64,000 bases of DNA from a virus: the IMG/VR virus record IMGVR_UViG_3300019124_000003, positions 1-64,000 of that record. One strand, given 5' to 3'. The first letter of the stretch is position 1. Each line of letters starts with the position of its first letter. The notes under the pieces were generated by a model. The model was given only the letters and a program-made list of their open reading frames with translations. It did no database searches and was not told the DNA's origin. A program made the translations under genes and the position numbers. Positions 14,852 to 22,219 of this stretch are shown piece after piece.

Positions 14852-14962
14852 GGCAGCCCTGTCGAGGGGTTGGAGTGGAGCCGGGGATTTCTCCCCGACC
14901 CCGTTTCCTTAGCCTATCTTTAGACGGAGGATGAGGGACCAGCTCATCCTCCGTTTCCATTT
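14852..14962 (+). ncRNA. candidate ~100-nt sRNA
   Basis: TTGTAA-N16-TATATA (14821-14848) followed by structured RNA (CGGGGA-TTTC-TCCCCG) and a 12-bp hairpin plus UUCCAUUU; no credible ORF. Confidence 0.35.
14924..14962 (+). terminator. terminator-like hairpin
   Basis: ACGGAGGATGAG-GGACCAG-CTCATCCTCCGT then TTCCATTT. Confidence 0.5.
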
Positions 14963-15157
14963 GAGGCCAAGGGCTACGCGAATCCGCGGCAGTAGCCACT
15001 TCATCTTGCAGTCCTCCGTTAGAGGGGCGGTGCCGTCGCCCTACAGACACCCAGCGGCTTACTGGGCATGGGGGCCTGGCCGCCCCTGGCGTTTCCGCAT
15101 CCTCCAACACTCTCTTCATAGCATAGCTTCGTTAACGAGCAACCCCTTGGAAATTAT

Positions 15158-15176
15158 GGTTAATTTATAATTAACC
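15158..15176. repeat. AT-rich palindrome upstream of the serine recombinase
   Basis: GGTTAATT-TAT-AATTAACC, about 150 bp upstream of 15330. Confidence 0.8.
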
Positions 15177-15329
15177 GTAGCTATATCGGCTTTCGATTCG
15201 TTCACCTTGACCATTCCGCGGCGCCTGGTTTTGCGGCTCCGGAAGGTCCCCTCCCCTGCCCGCTGGAAGCTAGGCAAATCACGGTTACATCGGTAAACGT
15301 GCGTTTACAGACCGCAATCTGAGCCGCAA

Positions 15330-15989
15330 ATGCCCACCTACGTCGCCTATCTCCGCAGATCCACGGCCAAGCAGGCCATCACCGTCGAGGCCCAGGAGGA
15401 AGCGATCCGCCGCTTCATCGGCGGCCGCGGCGAGATCATTGCGAGCTACACGGAGACGGAAAGCGGCAAGCGCAAGGACCGTCCGGAGCTCCTGAAGGCC
15501 CTCGACCACTGCCGGCGCACGAAAAGCGTCCTGGTCATCGCCAAGCTCGACCGCCTGGCGCGCAACGTCGCCTTCATCGCCAACCTGATGGAAGCGGGCG
15601 TCGAGTTCCTGGCCGTGGACTTCCCGGAGGCGAACCGGCTCACGCTCCACATTCTCGCGGCCGTGGCCGAGCACGAATTGCGGATGATCTCGGAGCGGAC
15701 CAGGACGGCGCTCCAGCAGCTCAAGCGGCAGGGCCGGCGGCTCGGCAATCCGAAGAACCTGCCCCAGGCTCAGGCATTGGGCCGGGCGACCCAGATCGAG
15801 CGGGCGGCGCAGCGCGCCGAAGACATCGCTCCGGTCATCGAGGAGATCAGGCAGACCGGCCTCAAGACCCTCGAGGAGATCGCCGTTGCGCTCAACCGTC
15901 GGGGCTACAAGACGGCGCGCGGCCGCCCCTGGCACAAGACATCGGTTTCGCGGGCCCTGACCCGCGCCAGAAACCTAGAGGGCGTGTGA
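15330..15989 (+). CDS. small serine recombinase (resolvase/invertase family)
   Basis: N-terminal YLRRSTAKQ catalytic-serine block, VIAKLDRLAR, C-terminal HTH-like LEEIAVALNRRGYKTARGRPW. Confidence 0.85.
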   Translation: MPTYVAYLRRSTAKQAITVEAQEEAIRRFIGGRGEIIASYTETESGKRKDRPELLKALDHCRRTKSVLVIAKLDRLARNVAFIANLMEAGVEFLAVDFPEANRLTLHILAAVAEHELRMISERTRTALQQLKRQGRRLGNPKNLPQAQALGRATQIERAAQRAEDIAPVIEEIRQTGLKTLEEIAVALNRRGYKTARGRPWHKTSVSRALTRARNLEGV

Positions 15990-16309
15990 TGGGTATCTAC
16001 TGGAAGCGGACCCGCGAGGTCTATCCGGACGCGGGCTATGACGACACCTATTGGACGGCCTTCGATCCGGCCGTGCGGTTTCTGCGCTTTCACATGGAGA
16101 CGGGTGACGAGACGATCGGCAACGTCCACCAGGTCAAGGGCGGACCGGAGGACGGGCTCTGGCAATGGTCGATGACGGTTTCTCTGCCAGGCCCTCGCTA
16201 CGGAGTGACGAACGGCAGGGAGGCGGACGCGAAGGCGGCGGGCCGGAAGGTGATCGAGTGCTATCGCCACTACCTTTCGACCCGCCCAGGCACCTACAGG
16301 CAGCGCTAG
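15989..16309 (+). CDS. hypothetical protein (106 aa)
   Basis: TGATG overlap with recombinase stop. Confidence 0.6.
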   Translation: MGIYWKRTREVYPDAGYDDTYWTAFDPAVRFLRFHMETGDETIGNVHQVKGGPEDGLWQWSMTVSLPGPRYGVTNGREADAKAAGRKVIECYRHYLSTRPGTYRQR

Positions 16310-16398
16310 GCTCGTCCGAAACTTCGGATCATCAGCCCGACGTTAGCGATGGCGCAGACGACGCAGATCAGGGCGGCGATGTCGTCGATGCAATTCAT
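16306..16398 (-). CDS. possible small hydrophobic peptide (30 aa)
   Basis: MNCIDDIAALICVVCAIANVGLMIRSFGRA, 22 nt after stop of 16421..16786; weak RBS. Confidence 0.3.
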   Translation of the reverse strand: MNCIDDIAALICVVCAIANVGLMIRSFGRA

Positions 16399-16420
16399 GG
16401 TTCGACCTCAATCCCGTCCG

Positions 16421-16786
16421 TCAGTCGTCGTCAGTAATCACTGAGATTACAGCGGCTTCGATCTGCTCGGGTGTCGCGGTCCCAACATCGGCCCCAACAG
16501 GGAGGGTTACGCGGAAAGCGGCAATCCGCTTCCACGCCGCCTCCGACTGCGCCGCTGCTTCCTCAAACCCCTTGAACCGAAGTGCTTTCGTTGCGGCCTT
16601 TAGTTCGCGTTCAGCCGCCTCCAACTCGGCCCTAACAGCGGCCCCAACAGATGCTCGGCCTTGCCGCCACGCCTCCTGAAGCTTAGACGCAATCAGTTGC
16701 GTCTCCTCCTCCAGCTCATCTGGATAAGGGCAACTCCATATCTGTTCCCTAAGCCATTGCGCCTCTTCTGCGAAGTCGATCTTCAT
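16421..16786 (-). CDS. hypothetical protein (121 aa)
   Basis: Start MKIDFAE with RBS GAGGGAAG. Confidence 0.65.
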   Translation of the reverse strand: MKIDFAEEAQWLREQIWSCPYPDELEEETQLIASKLQEAWRQGRASVGAAVRAELEAAERELKAATKALRFKGFEEAAAQSEAAWKRIAAFRVTLPVGADVGTATPEQIEAAVISVITDDD

Positions 16787-16824
16787 CGCTTTACTTCCCT
16801 CTTTTGCTCGTAATCCCGTCCGCC

Positions 16825-17076
16825 TCACTCTTGATCCCAACCGGGATGCTTGGCGTCCATTTCGTTCATGTCGGCAAGATTCAGAGGCGACGATGCGGAT
16901 TCTTCCGAGGGCTGTTCACCGGCCCCAACGGGTCGCACGGCTTTCAGGTCGGCTAGGCAACGATCAAGCGCCTCTTTTGCGGCGTTCGGGTCGCCCTGCT
17001 CGAGCCGCAACCGCGCAATCCCGATCCACTTCTCGGTGATGTAGTGGTGTTGCTCTAGGTAGTTCTCGCGGCTCAT
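16825..17076 (-). CDS. hypothetical protein (83 aa)
   Basis: RBS GAGGGA; full ORF. Confidence 0.65.
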   Translation of the reverse strand: MSRENYLEQHHYITEKWIGIARLRLEQGDPNAAKEALDRCLADLKAVRPVGAGEQPSEESASSPLNLADMNEMDAKHPGWDQE

Positions 17077-17095
17077 GCTCTATCCCTCGTCGTAG

Positions 17096-17296
17096 TCATC
17101 CTCGATCAGGACGACGCCTGTGCAGCCGTTGATCAGATCCTCGTAGCTCACTGTCTTTCCTCTCCCGTTCGTGCGCTTCCTTTGCGTCGCGATACTGGTT
17201 CGGGTTGAGGTTCCTGTGGTCCTCGCACGGGAACCACAGGAACCAAGTGTCCGCCTCGACCGACGGCTTGCCGCAGAAGCACTTGAAGGCGGTCAT
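17096..17296 (-). CDS. small Cys-containing protein (66 aa)
   Basis: ATGA coupling; MTAFKCFCGK...WFPCEDH; C-terminal 18 aa look out-of-frame-like (see rejected notes). Confidence 0.5.
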   Translation of the reverse strand: MTAFKCFCGKPSVEADTWFLWFPCEDHRNLNPNQYRDAKEAHERERKDSELRGSDQRLHRRRPDRG

Positions 17297-17889
17297 GCTG
17301 CTGCCTTCAGCGACTCCCGAAGCTCCCTGAGCCACCTGTTGCGCCCTTCGGTGCGCTCGATCTCCTCGCGCTGCCCCTTCTCGTGATACTCCACGTTCCA
17401 GAGGGCGCTCTTGAGCGCGGCGTGCAGCCACTCCTCGCTCGTCTTGCGCTTGGGCGGCTCGCGGTCGCGGCAGTCGAACTCGATGGATTCGCGGAGCTGG
17501 CTCGCCATGAACTCCTTCAGGCCCGTGTGATCGGGTGTCGGCGGCACCCAGGCCTCGACCTTCGCCAGCATGTCCTCGTAGCGCTTGCGCTGAAGCGCTG
17601 TCTCCGCGACGCGCTTGTTGTGGTAGTCGAGCTCCGTCTGCCAGGCCTTCTCGGCCTCGGCCTCGATCTGCTCGGGCGTGAGCGAACGCAGCCGCTCCAG
17701 CTCCGCCTTCGCCTCCGCAAGCCGCCTGGTGTGATAGTCGCTCGGCTCGAAGGCGTCCGGGATCTTGGCGTCCATCGGCTCGTCGCGCATCATCACCAGG
17801 GCTCCGAAGGCCCTGGCGCACTGCAAGGCGAAGTCCTTGAACTCCGTGATTTCGCCCGACTGAACGGGCGCCGTGTATCCTGTCGGCAT
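17293..17889 (-). CDS. hypothetical protein (198 aa)
   Basis: Full ORF, start 1 nt after upstream stop. Confidence 0.7.
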   Translation of the reverse strand: MPTGYTAPVQSGEITEFKDFALQCARAFGALVMMRDEPMDAKIPDAFEPSDYHTRRLAEAKAELERLRSLTPEQIEAEAEKAWQTELDYHNKRVAETALQRKRYEDMLAKVEAWVPPTPDHTGLKEFMASQLRESIEFDCRDREPPKRKTSEEWLHAALKSALWNVEYHEKGQREEIERTEGRNRWLRELRESLKAAA

Positions 17890-17890
17890 G

Positions 17891-18118
17891 TCAGCCCTCC
17901 CCTTCCCTTTCCAGCACCCTCTGAACGTTCGCCGGGTCCGCAGCCTTGAGCGCCGCGATCACGCAGTTCTCGATGGCCTGGCGATCGCGCGGCATAAGAT
18001 GCTCCCAAGCCGGGACCAGCTTCTCGACGTTCATGCCGCGCTTGACGCATTCCAGGCGGTAGGCGACGAGCCAGGCCTGCGTCGCCACCCGGATCTGATC
18101 GGACGTGAACTTCGCCAT
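17891..18118 (-). CDS. hypothetical protein (75 aa)
   Basis: Start MAKFTSD, TGATG coupling. Confidence 0.6.
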   Translation of the reverse strand: MAKFTSDQIRVATQAWLVAYRLECVKRGMNVEKLVPAWEHLMPRDRQAIENCVIAALKAADPANVQRVLEREGEG

Positions 18119-18612
18119 CACGCAGCGCTCGCCTCGTCCGGGACCTCGACCTTCAGAGCGTGATAAGCCTTCGACCACTTGTCCGCCTGCTCCTCCTCGT
18201 TCTTGAGGGCGGCTTTCGTCGCGGCGAGCTCCTGCTCCAGCAGCTCGATCTCCTCGCGGCGCTCGACGAGCTCCTCGGCGATGGCCGCAACGTTGTCGCC
18301 GATGCTGACATCGGGCTTGGCGAGCTTGTGCTGGTCGAGGGCGTTCTCGACGGCGCGCAGGTCGCGTTCCGCGGCGCGGGCGCGATCGAGATAGAGGTTG
18401 TTGGCCTCTAACAGTTCGGTCACGCGCTCGTCGTGGCGATTGAAGCGGCGCAGCTTGTCGAGCAGCAGAAAGGTGAGCGAGGAGTCGGCCCGGCGATCTG
18501 CCAGCGTCTCCTTCAGCACCCGCGTCGTGTAGCGGCTGGTGTGAATGAACATGGCTGTCGAGCCGGCGGCCGCGGCGAAGCTGATGACAGCGGAAGCTGT
18601 TGCGAAATCCAT
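18118..18612 (-). CDS. N-terminally anchored coiled-coil protein
   Basis: First gene behind class-2 promoter at 18649-18672; hydrophobic N-terminus, long heptad region. Confidence 0.7.
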   Translation of the reverse strand: MDFATASAVISFAAAAGSTAMFIHTSRYTTRVLKETLADRRADSSLTFLLLDKLRRFNRHDERVTELLEANNLYLDRARAAERDLRAVENALDQHKLAKPDVSIGDNVAAIAEELVERREEIELLEQELAATKAALKNEEEQADKWSKAYHALKVEVPDEASAA

Positions 18613-18648
18613 CGTGTGTTTTCCTCGTAAGTCATTGCTGACTGATTA

Positions 18649-18672
18649 AACATAGCAAGCGAATAGCGGCGT
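18649..18672 (-). promoter_or_regulatory. class-2 phage promoter
   Basis: ACGCCG-N10-GCTATGTT upstream of 18118..18612. Confidence 0.5.
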
Positions 18673-18683
18673 GCGCGCGGGAT

Positions 18684-19070
18684 TCACGCGCCGCCCAGCT
18701 CCACGTTCCGCACGGAGCTCGGGCCCCAGCGTTGGCCCAGCGCGGGTTTGATGCCGCGTTTGTTCAGCTCCTCGGCGATGCCGCGATAGCTGTTGATGCC
18801 GTTCGCCCGGATCTCCTTGATGACCGGACGGACCTGCTCCCGAAACTCGATCGCCTGCTTGTGCCTGGTTTCGTGGCCGCGGTGCCGGCCCAGATGCAGC
18901 CCGGCGAGCCGTCCTGGCTTGCCGCGCTGCTCCAGCGCTGCCCTCAAGTTCTCCCGGGCGACACGGAACTGGTCCCAGAAGGTCGGCGATTCCGGATCGA
19001 GGTTCACGATCACCTCGGCCGCCCTTCGCAGGTTCCGATGTCGCACCTGGAGCGCTTTCAGGTCAGGCAT
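18684..19070 (-). CDS. stand-alone recombinase-type HTH domain protein
   Basis: RPVIKEIRANGINSYRGIAEELNKRGIKPALGQRWGPSSV parallels the C-terminus of serine recombinase 15330..15989; no catalytic domain. Confidence 0.6.
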   Translation of the reverse strand: MPDLKALQVRHRNLRRAAEVIVNLDPESPTFWDQFRVARENLRAALEQRGKPGRLAGLHLGRHRGHETRHKQAIEFREQVRPVIKEIRANGINSYRGIAEELNKRGIKPALGQRWGPSSVRNVELGGA

Positions 19071-19260
19071 CCTTCTCTTCCTCCGTCACGTAGTCGATGA
19101 CAAAGGGCGGATCGACCTCTTCGAGCGCCACTTTCACGGCGGCGTCGATGTTATCGAACCGACCCTGCCATCGCGCGCCCTTCTTGGGCAGTTTGATCTG
19201 AAGCTTTCCGGACTTGGCGTCGCGGAACACCTTCAGAACAGGCTTAACGGCGTCATCCAT
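19063..19260 (-). CDS. hypothetical protein (65 aa)
   Basis: Full ORF, overlaps neighbours by a few nt. Confidence 0.55.
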   Translation of the reverse strand: MDDAVKPVLKVFRDAKSGKLQIKLPKKGARWQGRFDNIDAAVKVALEEVDPPFVIDYVTEEEKDA

Positions 19261-19384
19261 CGCTTCGTGCCCAGGCGATTGTGGTCACGAAGTCGCGAAC
19301 GACGCGCAGTCCGGGAAGTGTCACCACCCCGGCCAGGAAGGACAGGATGCCAAGCACAACGTAGGAATAAGTCGTCGGGTCCAT
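19256..19384 (-). CDS. small membrane protein (42 aa)
   Basis: RBS GGAGGA; MDPTTYSYVVLGILSFLAGVVTLPG...; below ORF-track cut-off. Confidence 0.45.
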
Positions 19385-19433
19385 CGATGTTCCTCCAAGT
19401 CACTTCTGACTGTCAACCCCGGCTAAAGGGTCA

Positions 19434-19691
19434 TCAGTTGAGGGTGACTTCCATCGCGGTCATCGTCTCGCTCGCCATGTAGAGCTGATCGAGGATCGCC
19501 GGATTCTTCAGGGCGTAGGCGAGCGCCAGGATCTTCCTGCCCTGGTCGATCTGGGCGTCCGTCAGCGTCTCCGGATCGATCTCGCCGGTGGAGAAGACCT
19601 GGAAGGTGCCGTCGGGCTTAAGGACGATGCCGGCGTCGCCGCGCTGGATCGGGGTGGTCAGGACGTTCTCGGTGGTGATCAGTGCCGTCAC
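19434..19691 (-). CDS. hypothetical protein (85 aa, GTG start)
   Basis: Leader GCAACACGAGAGGAGAAATC then GTG; class-2-like promoter at 19725-19748. Confidence 0.55.
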   Translation of the reverse strand: MTALITTENVLTTPIQRGDAGIVLKPDGTFQVFSTGEIDPETLTDAQIDQGRKILALAYALKNPAILDQLYMASETMTAMEVTLN

Positions 19692-19724
19692 GATTTCTCC
19701 TCTCGTGTTGCGTTTCGTGCTTCT

Positions 19725-19748
19725 CACATAGCGATGGCGCAGCGGGAG
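19725..19748 (-). promoter_or_regulatory. class-2 phage promoter
   Basis: CTCCCG-N10-GCTATGTG upstream of 19434..19691. Confidence 0.45.
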
Positions 19749-19752
19749 CGCG

Positions 19753-19914
19753 TCAGATGCCGAACAGTCCCAAAACGTCGGAAGCCTCGGACCGGGCTGG
19801 GTTCCGAGGCTTCCTGGTGTAGGCCTTCTTTGACCTGACGATGCGCTGGCGATAGAGCGGTTTCGCCAGTTCGCGGGCGGCATGATTCGGCTTCTTGCTA
19901 AGCTTCTTCCGCAT
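19753..19914 (-). CDS. small basic protein, ArfA-like (alternative ribosome-rescue factor A pattern)
   Basis: MRKKLSKKPNHAARELAKPLYRQRIVRSKKAYTRKPRN...; PL(F/Y)RQR(V/I)...KK...Y.RK resembles E. coli ArfA [34 protein letters not shown]; sigma-70-like promoter. Confidence 0.45.
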   Translation of the reverse strand: MRKKLSKKPNHAARELAKPLYRQRIVRSKKAYTRKPRNPARSEASDVLGLFGI

Positions 19915-19938
19915 CCTTATCTCCTATAAATTTGTTCT

Positions 19939-19966
19939 TGCATACAACTTGTGTGCAACTTGTAAA
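19939..19966 (-). promoter_or_regulatory. sigma-70-like promoter
   Basis: TTTACA-N16-TATGCA upstream of the ArfA-like gene; direct repeat ACAAGTTG x2 across it. Confidence 0.5.
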
Positions 19967-20135
19967 TACTTAGCATAAGTTACACGGTAACGCTACGGGA
20001 TTTAGCGAAAAGGCGACTTCGCGCAAAGGCGAATTAGCGTGGTGAAAACGCCGCAGCCTTTGAAAACGTTGGATAAATCGGAATGGTTAAGCTGTGAACT
20101 GTTTTTTTGTTCACAGTTTGTTCTCGTTCACCATA

Positions 20136-20165
20136 TTGACGAGAGCCTCGGCAACCCTCATTAAA
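20136..20165 (+). promoter_or_regulatory. sigma-70-like promoter
   Basis: TTGACG-N18-ATTAAA upstream of the EF-hand gene. Confidence 0.4.
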
Positions 20166-20234
20166 AGTGGCGCGGCTGGTTGGGGCGAATACAGATAAGA
20201 TAGCCCCTAGTCTGCTTTCCAAAAGGTATAAGCC

Positions 20235-20699
20235 ATGACAGTCACTATTAGGGGCAGCTTCCAGACACACAAAGAAGGTCTCGCTGCTGCAATGTTGATC
20301 GCCGCAAGAAATTACGTTGCGGCAAAGGGGCTGGGTTATTTCGATGCCTCCAAGCTTTCCGAATACCCACGTCGCCTCGAAGACCATGCCGGCGAGATCC
20401 TTGCGCTCGGCACCAATGCCTTCGATGACGAAGAGGAAAGCGAGGAGCGTTCGAGAACGCGCTCCATGAACACTGCCGTCGAGGTGGTCCGGCAACATGG
20501 GCGCCGCCTGGCGCTGATTATTTTCGTGCTCGCCGCATTGCCGGCCTATTCCATCCTCGACTGCGATGCCGACGGCATGATCAGTCTTGCCGAGATCGAG
20601 TGCGTCTTCGACGGCTCGCATTCGCATGGCGCAAGCGTCGTCGCGGCGACGGATAGCGCGCGCACGAAGTCCGCTGCCATGCTCGGGGAGAACCAATAG
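20235..20699 (+). CDS. membrane protein with canonical EF-hand loop
   Basis: DCDADGMISLAE fits the 12-residue EF-hand loop; TM LALIIFVLAALPAYSIL; own promoter and terminator; opposite strand to neighbours. Confidence 0.7.
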   Translation: MTVTIRGSFQTHKEGLAAAMLIAARNYVAAKGLGYFDASKLSEYPRRLEDHAGEILALGTNAFDDEEESEERSRTRSMNTAVEVVRQHGRRLALIIFVLAALPAYSILDCDADGMISLAEIECVFDGSHSHGASVVAATDSARTKSAAMLGENQ

Positions 20700-20752
20700 A
20701 TCTTCGACGCCGATTTGGCTGAAACCAACTGATCCGCTGCGGCAGCAGCGAC

Positions 20753-20783
20753 ACCCCGGGTCCAAGACCCGGGGTTCTTGCTT
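20753..20783 (+). terminator. intrinsic terminator after the EF-hand gene
   Basis: ACCCCGGG-TCCAAGA-CCCGGGGT then TCTTGCTT; abuts the 3' end of tRNA-Cys on the other strand. Confidence 0.65.
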
Positions 20784-20787
20784 GAAT

Positions 20788-20862
20788 TGGAGTTGCGGGA
20801 GGGACTTGAACCCTCATAGACGGATTTGCAGTCCGCCGCCTCACCCTTCGGTCCACCGCAAC
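20788..20862 (-). tRNA. tRNA-Cys (GCA)
   Basis: Manual fold: 7-bp acceptor GTTGCGG/CCGCAAC, anticodon loop CTGCAAA, T-arm GAGGG-TTCAAGT-CCCTC, discriminator U73, CCA encoded; D-stem weak. Confidence 0.85.
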
Positions 20863-21080
20863 GAAATTTCGGCCCGCTGAATCGGGATGCCAGGCAAGCC
20901 GGGGATCGGAGCCAGACGGGCCCGGATGGTTTCGGTTCATCCTACTGCCACCCATGTTCGGGTCGATGCGGGCCGGATTGGCTACCGGCACCCGGTTTTG
21001 CGACCCAACCCGTCGGCTGGGGCTCAGGGCGGTCCCGACTCTAGCGAGCTCCCGGAGGATCTACCTCTGCCGCATCGAAA

Positions 21081-21156
21081 TGGTTGCTCCGGCTGGATTT
21101 GAACCAGCGCTCCCGGATTATGAGTCCGGCGCTCTACCAGGCTGAGCTACGGAGCC
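21081..21156 (-). tRNA. tRNA with CAT anticodon (Met, Ile2 or initiator unresolved)
   Basis: Manual fold: D-arm GCTC-AGCCTGGTA-GAGC, anticodon arm CCGGA-CTCATAA-TCCGG, T-arm GCTGG-TTCAAAT-CCAGC, CCA encoded; G1-A72 mismatch. Confidence 0.8.
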
Positions 21157-21256
21157 GAAGAGTGCAGGTCGGACGCTACCCCGACCCTGTGGACGATAGG
21201 CGTGGTATCGACGCCTCGTTTTACGTCATCGGCATTGCTGCCGACCCTGGAAGGCG

Positions 21257-21329
21257 TGGAGCCGGCCGGAATCGAACCGGGCATCCTTCGCAGACCGTTC
21301 TGGACGCTCTACCCTTGAGCTACGGCCCC
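21257..21329 (-). tRNA. tRNA-Ala-like element with non-canonical anticodon arm
   Basis: Acceptor GGGGCCG/CGGCTCC with G3:U70, canonical D-arm GCTC-AAGGGTA-GAGC and T-loop TTCGATT. The anticodon region TCCAGAACGGTCTGCGA cannot form a 5-bp stem with a 7-nt loop and has no U33. Confidence 0.5.
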
Positions 21330-21843
21330 AAAACTCGTTGGGGCTTCCCCGTCCCAGGTTCTCGTTCCACTGATTAGCGTGTTCGCTCCCACGCCGCTGC
21401 ACTCTCCGTAAAACTCGGTGATGGGGAGGGACCAGTTGGATCCCACTGGGTTGGTGGAAGGCCCCTCCCCTATTCGGTGCTCCGATTATCGTCGTGGCCC
21501 TCGGAGCAACGGGCGGTCGCATCACGCTCGATCCAGGCGTCCGCCGTTCACGCCAGCGAGACCACACGCAAGTTTAGGTCATTGCAGACCCGCTTCCGCG
21601 AGAGATGGCACGGAACCCTGGCTCAGACGCGCGAGGCGTCCCCAAGTAGGCGGTGCGTGCCGAGATCAAAGATTTGATGTCGGTGTTGCGGCAGGTCTCC
21701 CGGATCAGTGTTTAGCGATGCGGGCGACGGTATAAGGCCGCTATGGCGAACGTGTCAAGTCAGAACTGACTTAGCTAACGTCGGAGCATGGTTCCCTCCC
21801 CTGTTGTCGCTGCGCGTGTCGCTCATGCGCTGTCGATGATTTG

Positions 21844-21867
21844 ACTATAGCAGCGCATGAGCGGCTG
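21844..21867 (-). promoter_or_regulatory. class-2 phage promoter of the tRNA region
   Basis: CAGCCG-N10-GCTATAGT; no ORF follows for ~500 nt before the tRNA-like element. Confidence 0.5.
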
Positions 21868-21910
21868 TGTGTCGGGATTTAGCGAAGCAGCGAAATAGCC
21901 GCTTCGCCCT

Positions 21911-22186
21911 TTAGCGCCACTGAGCCTTGAGCTCCTGCACGCCCTTCGTGACCTCGGCCTGGTCGTAGCGGGGATGGCGCTTCCAGTAAGCCATCTTCTT
22001 CTCGCAGATCGCCATCTCCTTGCGCGCCTGGGCCCGCTCGCGCCCGTCCTTCGAGGCCTTGGCGATGAAGTCGAGGTAGAGGTAGTTCGCGTAGTGCTTG
22101 AGATAGTGCTTGACCGCGTTCCAGCGCTCATACGGGACGGTTGGAGCTCCGCCCTCGTGTCGTTCTTCGCTATAGATGATCGCCAT
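21911..22186 (-). CDS. hypothetical protein (91 aa)
   Basis: Start MAIIYSE behind class-1 promoter and leader CAGCAACACGGAGG. Confidence 0.65.
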   Translation of the reverse strand: MAIIYSEERHEGGAPTVPYERWNAVKHYLKHYANYLYLDFIAKASKDGRERAQARKEMAICEKKMAYWKRHPRYDQAEVTKGVQELKAQWR

Positions 22187-22219
22187 ATGCGAACCTCCGT
22201 GTTGCTGAACGATCACATG

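Noticed and set aside
14931-15170. 79-aa plus-strand ORF downstream of 14161..14826
   Set aside because: Its ATG lies inside the 12-bp terminator-like stem, GGAGG abuts the ATG with no spacing, and the product is Arg/Pro/Ser-rich and junk-like.
17080-17151. Alternative-frame 23-aa ORF (GTG; VSYEDLINGCTGVVLIEDDYDEG) overlapping the end of 17096..17296; possible frameshift or indel
   Set aside because: The alternative C-terminus looks more protein-like than the annotated one. There is no slippery sequence, and I cannot distinguish a sequencing indel, programmed frameshifting or a separate mini-ORF from sequence alone.
20863-21843. tmRNA (one-piece or permuted two-piece) hidden in the tRNA region, suggested by the GGGGCCG...CGGCTCCA ends
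   Set aside because: The Ala-like element has contiguous acceptor halves and a canonical D-arm. No tag-peptide reading frame ending in a hydrophobic ..AA stop was found, and there is no separate T-arm/CCA piece upstream of a GGGG 5' piece. I could not run ARAGORN, so this is a weak rejection.
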